DNA of 62,989 nucleotides, the filler included, from Hyphochytrium catenoides (lineage: Eukaryota > Protista > Hyphochytriomycota): the NCBI GenBank assembly GCA_900088475.1. It is 10 parts of 10 records of this genome, joined end to end, with 100 filler letters (N's around TTAATTAATTAA, not from the genome) between each part and the next. Parts side by side here need not be neighbours in the genome. Positions count along the whole stretch, not along the records: positions 12,263 to 14,226 come from FLMG01000748.1; positions 14,327 to 20,280 come from FLMG01003804.1; positions 20,381 to 21,475 come from FLMG01001854.1; positions 21,576 to 31,858 come from FLMG01003313.1; 6 more parts are not named here. One strand, written 5' to 3'. How positions within the stretch are numbered: position 1 is the stretch's first letter; the number at the start of each line of letters is the position of its first letter. The notes under the pieces are model-generated. The model made no database searches, was not told the origin of the DNA, and saw only the letters and a program-made list of their open reading frames with translations. The position numbers and the translations under genes are program-made. Shown here piece after piece: positions 12,263-23,369 of the stretch.

Positions 12263-13210
12263 CTCTGGCGTAAAGAGCCACTTCTATGGTGAACCTACTG
12301 CTTCCTAAGTGTCAACGATGCGTGCCTGGAAGGCTTGAGTCGTCCACCGAGGATATGCAATGAGCTCCTGCTAACGAAGCTTTGCCTTGGCGGCAATGGT
12401 CAGAAAAATGCAATGACACTGGACAATAATCGGGCAGTGCGGCTCAGAAAGACTTCGAAGAAGATTGACCAACATCCGTGGCTGAAAGTGTACAATTCGG
12501 GAAACGTGGAAGCTCTCTTTTCCCTTTCAAACTGTATAATTTCTAACTCCAAAAAGGTCTTTTTTATAATGGAAATGTACATTTGACACTTCGGCTATCA
12601 TTATAAGTCTCGCACTGAAATTATACTTCCCTACCTGTAATTGTGGACTGTGGTGATTCCCTGGTCTTTGTCCCTCTTCTCTCTGCACAACTTCAATTCC
12701 AAATCTGTTCCTATCCAAACCGCATTTGTACTTTTATATTATAAAAAACCACGCAGTGTGAGACTCCACAGAACAACTTACATACTTATTCAGGTACACA
12801 GAAGACTTACAGTATCTATCAACTAGAAGCACAACGGAATACAGCCGCTTACATCGCACAACGGTGTTCCCCCCATTGTACTGCCCCATCAGCCCATCAC
12901 AAGGTCGTTACAAAACGCAGTGCCCACAGCAAGCAAGGCGGCCGCCTGAATGAGAAGATGACAGACAGACAGCAGACAGACAGACAGTGAGAGATCCGTC
13001 CCATCATCATCATCCACACTAATAACAGGCAGCTCGCGGTCCGTGCCTGAGGTGAGACCTGGCGGAGATGAGAGGAGGGCGGGCTCTGCAGCAGAGGAGG
13101 GCGACCAAGGAGGTAGTAGGTTGGAGGAGGAGAAGGAGGAGGAGGAGGGTAAAGAGAAGAGGTTAGAGAGACAGGAAGCAAGAGCGAGCCGTTGTTGCTG
13201 AAAGGAGAAC

Positions 13211-13292
13211 GGAGGGAAGAGAAGGAGGAGGAAGAAGGGATGATGCTGGAGGAGAAAGGAGGGAAGAGAAGGAGGAGGAAGAAGGGATGATG
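13211..13292. repeat. Direct repeat of a 35-bp purine tract (period 47)
   Basis: GGAGGGAAGAGAAGGAGGAGGAAGAAGGGATGATG at 13211-13245 and 13258-13292. Confidence 0.85.
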
Positions 13293-14226
13293 GGGAGGAG
13301 GAGGAGGAGGAGAGGGGCAATCAGTCGAAGTCAGGAGAGGGTAAAGAAGAAGGCGAAAGTAACACCAGCAGCAGGCGGAAGGAAGAGGAAGAGCCAGGAG
13401 AAGGGGAGGTTTCACACTGTTCTTCGGCCGTTTGTCTCTTTTTTGATGAGGTCCCTTACCGGCACTGGCAGCGTAAGGGGCACAACAGCAGTAGTCGGGC
13501 GAGAAGGTAACCTGAAGCGTTTAAGTCCTTCTCCTTATTAGTAGAGGATAGTGTTGCTGAAGCCAGAAAGGCCCTTTGTTTCTAGTCTTGTCGAAGCCAA
13601 GGACCCACTCCTCTCAAATACTGCCTCCAAGGTGGTGGGCTCATCACGTAGCAAGAGCTTTCTTCATTGGCTAGGAGGGAGGAATTGTCGATGGTGCGCT
13701 ACGGAAACATGATTGCCATGTTCTGCCTAGTGTATGGGGCCACAAGGTGCTTTTTTTATCCTTCAGATCATGGGAAGCAGGTCAGTAACAATGCGATTGT
13801 GTCCACGAGTGGTGGGCCGTGCCAGAGATATGCGGGGCAATAAGGGCAAGGCACAGAGACAGAAGAGAGAGGGCGATATAGACCGTCAAACGAGTTGGCG
13901 CTCCGGCCCCTAGTGGCTCTAAGATCAATCCCATAGATAATAACAGATAGCTCCCGCATAATGAGCTCCATTATCAGCCAAGCGACTTTTCACGACTGAA
14001 AGATTTACCTGGGCGGTAGGCTTGCCCATCTGATGATGAGGGTTCTGTCACAATGATAAGAAGATTATTCCTGGAGGAGGTGCTGTCTTCCGTTAAGGGG
14101 AGCGTGAAGAACATGTCTCATAGAAAGCAGGAGAAGAAGGAAGAAACAGGATAATAATGGCAGAAGACGTCGTTCACTGCTGCGGGAAGAGTCCTATAGA
14201 CTCCTATCCCTGTCAAACATTACCGG

Positions 14227-14326
14227 NNNNNNNNNNNNNNNNNNNNNNNNNNNNNNNNNNNNNNNNNNNNTTAATTAATTAANNNNNNNNNNNNNNNNNN
14301 NNNNNNNNNNNNNNNNNNNNNNNNNN
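14227..14326. other. Artificial contig-joining spacer
   Basis: N44-TTAATTAATTAA-N44. Confidence 0.97.
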
Positions 14327-17300
14327 GCTAACAAATACACAGAGCTCGAGTAATACCCAGCGTTACTTTCCCGGTAGAAAAGCCGTCTCTCGAGGAAGAG
14401 AGGCGTGACGTTGGAGAGAGAGAAGACGACAAAGTTGTTGAAGTCAAAGGAGTAGAAGGTGGCGAAGAGGTTGATCATTTGGCTGCTGTCTTTGATCTCT
14501 TTGTACCCGATGGAGCCGATCATCGTGCTCACAAGGACTGTGAGATAAAGGAAAGAGGCAATCCAGGGCCCGTGCTGCTCTGGAGAACNNNNNNNNNNNN
14601 NNNNNNNNNNNNNNNNNNNNNNNNNNNNNNNNNNNNNNNNNNTTTCCGTGCGTCTGGAGGTGCTGTTGGATGAGAGAAATTCTTCTCTCTCCTGCTCCTC
14701 CTCCGGCGCCATTCGGACCATTATCCCGGGCTCCCACTACTGTCTGCCGCACTTGTTCTCTCTGATACTCTCTTTCTACCTCTCCTCGTCGGAATTCTCT
14801 CTCGACTTGAGATAGATTCTGCCGGAAGAGAGGCGTTGACCGGTAGGCGATGGCCCACTGCTCTTTTTTCCCTTCTTCCGTCCCGCTTCCGCTGCGAGAG
14901 AGAGAGAAAGAGACAACTCGTCCTTGTCCTTTTCTTCTCTTCTCTGTCGTCTCTGGGGCCGCTGACTCTCTCCCTGCTCCTCCGTCTCCCCCTCCTTCAG
15001 CGGAGAGAACGTTCATCATCCAGGTAGCGGGGTTGACAGAAGAGCCAAGAGGCGGAACTGAGGGAAAGCCTTCGAAGTAAGAGATGAGCTTGGCAGAGTT
15101 CTTCCCTAGGTTTCCGAAGAAGACAACTTCTCCCTGCTGCAGGAGAAGGAGAGAGTCAAACTTCTCGAAGATGAGAGAGGAAGGCTGGTGGATCGTGCAG
15201 CACACAGAGCGATGCATGTCAGCAATCTTCCTCAGAGTCCTCACGATTCTTAGCGCTGAACGGGAGTCCAAGGAAGAGGTTGGCTCATCTGTAACACGAA
15301 GGGGAGAGAGAGAATTGGCAGGGAAGAGAGAGAGAGAGAGGTGAGGGGGAGATGGTGAGAACAAGAGTGAACTTAGGAGTCGGATTTGACATCTCTCTCT
15401 CTTCGACATCTCATCATTCTCTCTCGTTTGCCTGTGGTCACTTTGCACTCCATAAGATTGACTGTTCTTTTTAAACACTCTCCTAATTTACTGCCGCTTC
15501 TCCTTCTCGTTCTCTGTCTGTCCTTCGGTCTCTCTCTTCTCTTTCTCTCTTACCTAAGAAGAGCAAGGCCGGGTTGGAAGCCATCTCTACTCCTACAGAG
15601 AGAAGTTTCGTCTGCCCCGCGGAGAGAGAACTTGTCAGCGCATCTTCAAACTCTGAAAGCTCCAGCACGTCCAGAATGCCCTCGACAAACTCCTCTCTTA
15701 GATGCTTGTACTCGGGAGAGAGACGAAGAGAAGCGGAGAAGAGAAGACTCTNNNNNNNNNNNNNNNNNNNNNNNNNNNNNNNNNNNNNNNNNNNNNNNNN
15801 CCCCATCAATTCTCCCCCTTTTTAGAGGAATCCTTCGGGCAAGAACATCGAGAAGTGTGGATTTGCCTGTGACATTAGCAGGGAGGAGGAGAGAGAGGGA
15901 GGAGAGAGAGAGAGAGATGGAGAGAAAGAAGCAGAGGATACATATGGTTAGGAGTTGTACAGAAGAGATTCGGGCAGTGCAGCTCTATGTTTCGTTTACT
16001 TTGCCCCTTCTCTCTCTCTGCTGCTGCTGCTCTCTCTCACCTCTTCCTTTCCCTCTTTCTCCCTATCTGGGCTCTGTCTTACCTGCTCCCGTTGCGCCCA
16101 TCAGCGCCACCATCTGTCCCGGTCTGCAAATCCCATGCACATCGCTCAAAAGCTTCTTCTCTCCTCCCGAGGCAGACGAGTCTTTCACAGTGTAAGAGAG
16201 AGAGCGCCAGGAGAGAGTGACAGGGCAGAAAGACATCTTCTCAAAGATGTGAGAGCGCGCTTTTCTTCCTCCCAATCCTGCCTCAAGTCCACCGGCACCT
16301 GTCTTTCCTTCCTTTCTCCCCAAGAGAGAGAGTCTCTCCACCGCGAGAGAGAACTTCTTTGTCAGGTCTGAGGCTCTCTGCTGCATGTTATCAGGGGTGT
16401 TGTTAGCGGCGGCAGAAGAGTGAGTCTCTGGCGTGGTTTGGCTCCAATAACTGTCATCGGGCGTGGGGACTTCAAAAGAAGAGGGAGACGGGTTGTTGAA
16501 CAGCTGAGCCTTGTCTTTCTCCTTCTTTCCTCCTGCTCCGTCTTTCTCTCCCTTTTTCGCTCTTTGCCTCTTCTTATCTTTCTCTTCTTTGACAACAGGC
16601 TGCTTCCGAAAGGGCGGAGGCGGCGCTCTGGCTCTGCAGAGAAAGAGAATCTGGAGGAGAAGAAAGAGAAGCATGTAGCCCGCAATGACAATGGGCGTCG
16701 CCCACTTGACCACTCTATCAGAGGTAATGCCATAAGCATCCAAGTAGCCCACGCCTCTCTCTTCTCCTCCGTCTCCTCCGGAGGACGAGGAAGAAGAGAG
16801 AAACTCATTCTGCATGAGCGCCTTGAAGGCCCAGGCGAGAGGGTTGATGAGGTAGATCCAGTAGAGAACAGAAGGGATGAGTTCCTTTGAGAAGATGTAC
16901 CCGCCGTAGAGGAGAAAGAGAGAAGAGAGAAGCGCACCATAAATCTGCGCAACTTGGAGGTGCTTTGAAGCCGCAATAACGAACTGGAAACTTTGTGCGC
17001 ACGCCATGTTGACGAGGAGAAGGAGAGAGAAGAAGTAGAAGAACTTCTCTCCGTTCTCTCCCATCGTCAGACCAGGGAGAAAGTAGAGAAAAGAGGAGAA
17101 GACTGCTGTCTCCAAGACCTGAATGGGAATATCGGTGATGAAGATCGAAAGCGCGTAGGCGGCAGGGCCGTAGAAACCCAGCTCCCGGTGGCGGAGGAAG
17201 CAGGCGCGAGAGAGATAGAGGGCTGGCACCTGGGGGAAAAGGAGAGAGAGAGAAAGAAATAGAGAGACCAACGCAAAGAGTACCGTGGTGCGGATTAGTA

Positions 17301-19525
17301 AAGTCAATAATGAGTGAGGAAGAGAGAAACAAAAGAGAGAGAGAGGGAGAGAGAGGATAGTCGAAATTGATTGTCTTCCTAATAGCAGAGAGATAGAGAA
17401 GCCAACGAGGCAAAAAATCGGAGAGAAGAAGAAAGACAGTGGCAGAGACGGCGGGAAAAGATAGATAGGTAGAACAAGAGATACACAGAACGAGAGAAAG
17501 AGAGAGAGAGAGAGAGAGGAAGAGCGAGAGGTAATAGACGTCAAAGAGAGTTCACATAGCCATTTACCTGAGCTAGGTAGGATCCTCCCATGAAAGAGAC
17601 GCCCATCCAAATGGTGTTGGTTCTGCTGCTATAGTCTTCTGCTTCCAGAGAGAAAGAGATAGACCCAAAGACTAAGCTAATAAAAGAAGCTTGGAAGAGA
17701 CGGAAGAGAACTGCCGTCCAGTCTCTCCTGAGCAGAAGAGATCGCTTCCACACTAGCTGACGGAGTTCTTGGCAGAAAGAGGAAGAGAAAGGAGAGAGAG
17801 AAGAGGGAGCAATCTCTAGCTCTGGATAGTTCCACTCCGCTTCCAGGTCCACCGGGACCTGCAGCTCCTGCTGGATGCGGAGAAACTCTTCAGAGGCACG
17901 GAAAGCCTTTGCAAAGTACTTGGGAGTACACTCGACAGCCGCGCCTGGTTTCTCTCCTTTCTCTCCTCCTCTCTCCACCGATCTCTCTCTCTCTCCTGCC
18001 ATAACGGCAGGGACTTTGAACTTCTCTCCTGTCTCCGTCGTCAAATGCTGAAGAAACTCTCCCATATCGAGTCTCTTCGGACAAGAGAAGCCGAGACGAG
18101 AGAAATAGTCTCTCATTCTCTCTCCTCCCTCTCCGTCATAGATAACATAGCCGTCATTGAGAGCAATGACGTGGTCGAAGAGAGAGAGAACCTCTGGGGG
18201 AGGCTGCAGAAGAGAGCAGACAATCGTGCACTCTGTCTCTTTGCAAAGTTCTTGAAGTGCCTTAGTAATTGCTATACACGTCTGAGAGTCCAGGCCGGTC
18301 GAGTACTCGTCGAGACAGAGGAAACGATAGCCAGAGAGAAGGACTTCTCCAAGAGAGAGACGTCGTCTCTCTCCTCCAGAAATGCCTCCTGTACTATCAT
18401 TGCCTATCATGGTATCGGCGCAGCGAGAGAGAGAGAGAAGATGGATCATTCTCTCCACTGTCTCTTCCGCGTCTCCATTAGGGTTCTTGGCGAGAAAAGC
18501 TAGGCGAAGTGTCTCTCTCACGGTCATCGTTGAGCTGTGGATGTCATCTGAAGGCGTAGCAGAGAAATGAGAGAGAGAGAGAGAGAGAGAGAAGGAGACA
18601 GAGAGAGAGAGAGCAGGAGAAAGAGAGATAGGGAGAAGAAACAGGGGTTAGTTTTGCTACCATGTCAGACACCAGCGTTGGTCAGGAGCCAATCCGTTGC
18701 TTTCTTCCTCTTTCCGTATCTTTTTATCCCTTTCTTTTTCTGCCTTTCGCTCTCACGCAACTTCCGCTTGTTTCTCTTCTCTCTCCTTTCTCTCTCTCTC
18801 TTTTGTCTGTTCATACCTGGTGCTAGATAGCCCAAGCAGTCTTCCTTTAGTAGTTTGTCTAAGGGATAATAGTTGCAGGAGAGAGAGCCGGAGATGACGA
18901 GAGAGCCGTCACTCTGACGGGTGGAAGTGCTATAAAACCCAGCACAGGCGCGGAGGAAGACACTCTTCCCGCTGCCGTGAGGACCAATGACCTAGCAGAG
19001 AGAGAGAGCGACAAGAGAGAAAGAGAGAGAGGGAGAGAACGAGGGAGAGTGAGAGAGAGAGACGGAGAGAGAAGTACATCAAGAGAGAGTTGAGTTTAAG
19101 GGATAGGTTAGCAAGATTCAGAAGAGAGAGCAAAGATAAACGAAAGAGACGTTAAAGAGAGAGCGGCGCCTCGGTGAGAGAGAGAAAAAAAGAGAGAGAA
19201 AAGACACGACGACAAAAGCAGAGGGGGAATCAAGGAGAATCTAGAGAGAGAGAGAGACACAGACAAAAACCACGATGAGCGAAGAGCTTACCAAGGTCAT
19301 CTCTCCTGGTTTTATGACCGTGCTGATGTTATGCAGGACGACGCGGTTCTCTCCCTCTCTCCTTCTCCGTCTCCCACAGAGAGAGCGCGGCGGCCTGGCC
19401 CTGCACTCCAAGCCTCCAATGCGAAGATAGAGAGGAGGAGCGCGGAGAATCCTTCGCCGCAAGGGCTCCGTGAGCACTGACTCTGAGCGTTTCTGCAAAG
19501 AGAAAGTAGGGAGAGAAAAAGAAAC

Positions 19526-19566
<41 letters not shown>

Positions 19567-19924
19567 GGAACGGGCAAGCAGCAAAATGTAGGGTTAGTCA
19601 TCAGGGGAATAACAGATCGCGGCGACAGTCTCTCTTGGGATTGTGAGGGGAGGAGAGATAAAAAGAGAAATACAAGAAAGAGAGAGAGAGACACACAAAA
19701 GTCAAGTGAGTTTAGAGCATTCGAGTCTCTCTTCTCTATTTTACCTTGCGATCATCAAACTCTGAGACATAGGCGAGCCTGCTCAAAGTAGAGCTCGACT
19801 CTGTCCGTGGCTGTACTTCGGCATTGGTGTCTCTCTCTCCATCAAACTCTTTCTCGTTCTCTCTCTCTTCTCTCTCAACAGACATCCTCACAATGAACTC
19901 TGTCCCTCTCACGCTGGAGTTCAT
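14327..19924 (-). CDS. Full-size ABCG/PDR-type ABC transporter (NBD-TMD-NBD-TMD); multi-exon, 3' truncated, two internal gaps
   Basis: NBD1: VIKPGEMTL|VIGPHGSGKS, GGISGGERRRLSLGE, LCLDEYSTGLDS, SLLQPPPEV. TMD1 at about 16700-17760. NBD2: ALMGATGAG|KSTLLDVLA, LSVGVEMASNPALLFL|DEPTSSLDS, CTIHQPSS, NPATWM. TMD2: ERRLFYRESNAGYYS. The start at 19924 is tentative. Confidence 0.95.
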
Positions 19925-20280
19925 GGCTCTAAGATTCTCTCGAGGAGTGAAAGAGATCTGAAGATTAACAGATGGAGATCATTGGAACCAAGAGGAAGAG
20001 AGGGCGCAGCAAAGGCAAAGAACAGAGAGATGAAAGAGAAGAAATGACCCTGTGTCTCTCTTTTCTCTCTCTCTCTCTCTCCCCCTTCAGTTCGCGCTTG
20101 CTTTCTGTCTTTGCTTCCTCGCTACGCTAGGGCCGATTTCTTTCTTTTGCTTGGGGCGTCAGCACCTTCTTCTCCTGCCGTTGTCTCTCTTGGGGTCTCG
20201 CTTTGTCTTTCTTTCCCTGTCCTGCTCCTGGCTGCCCTTGCCTCAGTATCTTTCTGCAGCGCTTCTTCTCTCTTTGCCTC

Positions 20281-20380
20281 NNNNNNNNNNNNNNNNNNNN
20301 NNNNNNNNNNNNNNNNNNNNNNNNTTAATTAATTAANNNNNNNNNNNNNNNNNNNNNNNNNNNNNNNNNNNNNNNNNNNN
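20281..20380. other. Artificial contig-joining spacer
   Basis: N44-TTAATTAATTAA-N44. Confidence 0.97.
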
Positions 20381-21475
20381 CAAAAAGGCGATGGCAATCT
20401 TCCACTCTCGCTACCTGTGTGACATTGTTGTTGCCAGACACTCAGAGGCCAGAGTCTGAGTCTCTCTCTCTCACTCACACATACACACACAGAGACACAC
20501 TTTCTCTTCTATGTGACTCACTCGGATGATTCGCCTTCAAGTTTTGCTCTTTCTCTATTTATTGCTCAAATTTGTGTCTTCTCTCTCCCCCCCTTTTTCT
20601 CTCTCTCTCTCTCTCTCTGTGTCTCTCTCTCTCCGTCTTCTTCCTTTCTCTCACTCTCTCAGCAGAATCTCTGTTGGCCGATGGTGCTTGCTCAGTTCAC
20701 TGTCCTCTGGTCATTTTGCTGTCTTCTGTCTTTGTGTTTATTATATTTATCAGCAGAGAATAGTTCATGTTGCCTCTTTCCTTCTTCGCCTTTGATGACC
20801 AGCAACAGAGAGGGACAGTGAAGGAGAGAAAGAGAGAAGGAGGGAGACAACATGACAGAGTCCTTGCTTGTTTGGCAAAGAGACATGCTGAGATTGGAAG
20901 CAATGAATAGAGAGAAATAGACAGAGTTGGTGATGAGGAGAAAAGAAGAGGGGAGAAGGGGAAAGAGAGCTTCTGATGGGAGAAAGAGACACACCAAAAT
21001 AGGAGGATAGCGCCCATATCTTCCAAGAGTGAGACAGAGAAAGAAGGAAAGATGCTTAAAGCTTGAGATGAGAGAGGAAGAGGAGCAGTAAATGGAATCT
21101 GCCTAGATAGAAAAGACAATGAAGCGAGGGAAAGAGATCGGAGAGAGAGAGAAAAGACTAGCGCAACGAAGCCCTCTCCGCACAAGGCCGCAGAAAGAGA
21201 AAGAGCAGGAGGAGGAGGTTCAAGGGAGAGAGACAGAGAGAGAAAGAGAGAGAAGAGAAGACAGAGAGAGAAAGAGAGAGAGAGAAAGAGAGAGAGAGAA
21301 AGAGAGAGAGAGTGAAAGAGGAACTTTTACAGGGACAAGCGTTACAGAAAGCGGGTGGGAGGACTGAGCTGTGTGCTAAAGCTGTCATGAAGGCCCACCC
21401 ATCCCTCTCAAGAAGCGATCGAATCTCGGAATCCTTGTTTTCCACGGCTTCACCTCTCTCTCTCTCTCTCTCTCT

Positions 21476-21575
21476 NNNNNNNNNNNNNNNNNNNNNNNNN
21501 NNNNNNNNNNNNNNNNNNNTTAATTAATTAANNNNNNNNNNNNNNNNNNNNNNNNNNNNNNNNNNNNNNNNNNNN
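21476..21575. other. Artificial contig-joining spacer
   Basis: N44-TTAATTAATTAA-N44. Confidence 0.97.
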
Positions 21576-22323
21576 CTATCAACAAGCTGATCCATATTGC
21601 CTGCGTTTGGCCCATTCTTTGGACTGCCCTGGTCTTCGCTGAGTATGCCCCAAAGGGCATCGCTGTTGACAATCCCATCCCAGGTTCCTCCCACATCATC
21701 GACGATGTCTTCCAGAACGTCAACCTTACGGTCGCCGTGACGCTGCTCTACTGCTTTATTTACTTAGCTATGGACTATCGGTATGCTGGGACAATCGTTG
21801 CATTGCATTTGACATGGTTACAAGTAACGCGACGGCCTGTGCATTTTCTGCTAGCGCCGGCACTCTTGCCACTGCGATGCTCTTGGGATGCTTAGTGACC
21901 GTAAGGTACTTTTATCTGAATGCCGAAAAACTTGTTGGCCGTCCTGCATGGACAGTCGCCCTCCCCATCCATGTTGGATGCTGGATTGCCCAAGTGAGTA
22001 CATACCATCTACCAGCGCGCTGCCGTGTTCTGACGATAGCACTTACCTATCTTTTCAGTTTATCGGCCACGGAGTATTTGAAGGCAGGGCACCCGCATTG
22101 TTGGACAATCTCTTTCAGGCTCTCATGTATGAACTCAAAGGCATACTACCGCTCTTCGTTGGTCACTAACTTCTCCTTCTTGGGCAGTGCGGCCCCAATG
22201 TTCGTTTTGTTGGAGAACCTCTTTCCACTTGGTTATCGCAGAGATTTTCAAGAAAAAGTGGAAAAGCGCATTGACGTGCTGGCAAAGAGCGCTGCTATGA
22301 AGAAGAGCAAGAAAGCTCAGTAA
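21576..22323 (+). CDS. MPO1: Mpo1-like (DUF962) ER membrane protein, 2-hydroxy fatty acid dioxygenase family; 5' truncated, 4 exons
   Basis: INKLIHIACVWPILWTAL..., WIAQ|FIGHGVFEGRAPALLDNLFQAL|IAAPMFVLLENLFPLGYR are the DUF962 His motifs. Three short GT-AG introns. Confidence 0.9.
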
Positions 22324-23023
22324 TTAATATGCCATAGCGTCACGGCTTCTTCGAGTTTTACCAGGAGAGCTATAGTTCTAGTAGAAAGTGCCGAAGTTTA
22401 AATGGCCAGATGGCCCTCGTCATGGCCGCTTTGTCTAATCCAATGATGATGGCCGGTCTGAAGTCCGCATTTGCTTCATTAGGTTGACCACTCTATATTA
22501 TGCTGATACTCCTCCATAGCTAGAGGCATAACAGCAGATGAAAGAAAAGACCACGATCTGCCCGCACCGCCGGGTCTTTCTTCTGCAATTTGTCTGGCCA
22601 ACATTCCCTTCAGGGTTCAGAGCTCTATGTCACGACCGCGTTATAGCAGCCAAGCAGGACCAAAGCTACGAGCTCGCTGTCACAATCTACCGGAACACTA
22701 TCATTAGTTGTGGTCTACACCACCATAACAAAGCTTGAGTGCAGCAGGAACTGCTCTGAGCTCTAGACAGTCAAGCAAGTCAAGAAGAATGGGCGCTTTG
22801 GCCAGCTCCTTAGTTCATAGCGGCATTCGATGAGCGAGTGCTTGTTGACCATTGGCAACAATGACTCTTCCTGCTTGACAAAAATCTCCATAATAAAAGG
22901 AACGGACAACAAAGGACCAACAAACTGAGCATCACACATCAGACAAAACTTCTATGAAGATAAAGTACTTGGCGTTAGCGGCTTTTAGTCGTATGAAAAA
23001 CTCTGCCATTCTGTTTCTGTGTT

Positions 23024-23034
23024 TTTGGCGCGAA
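23024..23034. promoter_or_regulatory. Candidate E2F/DP binding site upstream of PDS5
   Basis: TTTGGCGCGAA matches the TTTSSCGC consensus, about 340 bp upstream of the PDS5 ATG. Confidence 0.45.
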
Positions 23035-23369
23035 GCTTTTTACGTTTGGAAGTGCTCTCAAACGCGGAAGAACAGCAGAGGAGACAGGGGCGCGAGGGAG
23101 CGCAGTGGTGCCGCCGGTCGAAAGTGCTGACATTGAGAATGTAAAGCAGCGCGGCTTGAAGACTCTAACTTACGAATCGGACAAGGGAGGCATTCAGGTG
23201 CTCGTCCAGAGGAACAGGATCTGTCTAGACGCCTAAAACATTGGGTGGGGCCTTGTTCTGACAGCTTTCAATCTATTCTTGGCCTCGTTGATTGCCCAGG
23301 CCTTACACTCTGCTCCCGGCAAAATTTCATTTGTAGTGACCGAGCGGCAAAGGTCGTACCTGCAAGGTA

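Noticed and set aside
12263-14226. Protein-coding gene on this contig
   Set aside because: Only short or low-complexity ORFs, with no recognisable domain or splice-consistent model.
20381-21475. Gene fragment on the small contig
   Set aside because: Exon-like peptides exist (ENKDSEIRSLLERDGWAFMTALAHS; ADSIYCSSSSLISSFKHL) but I could not build a consistent model or recognise a family.
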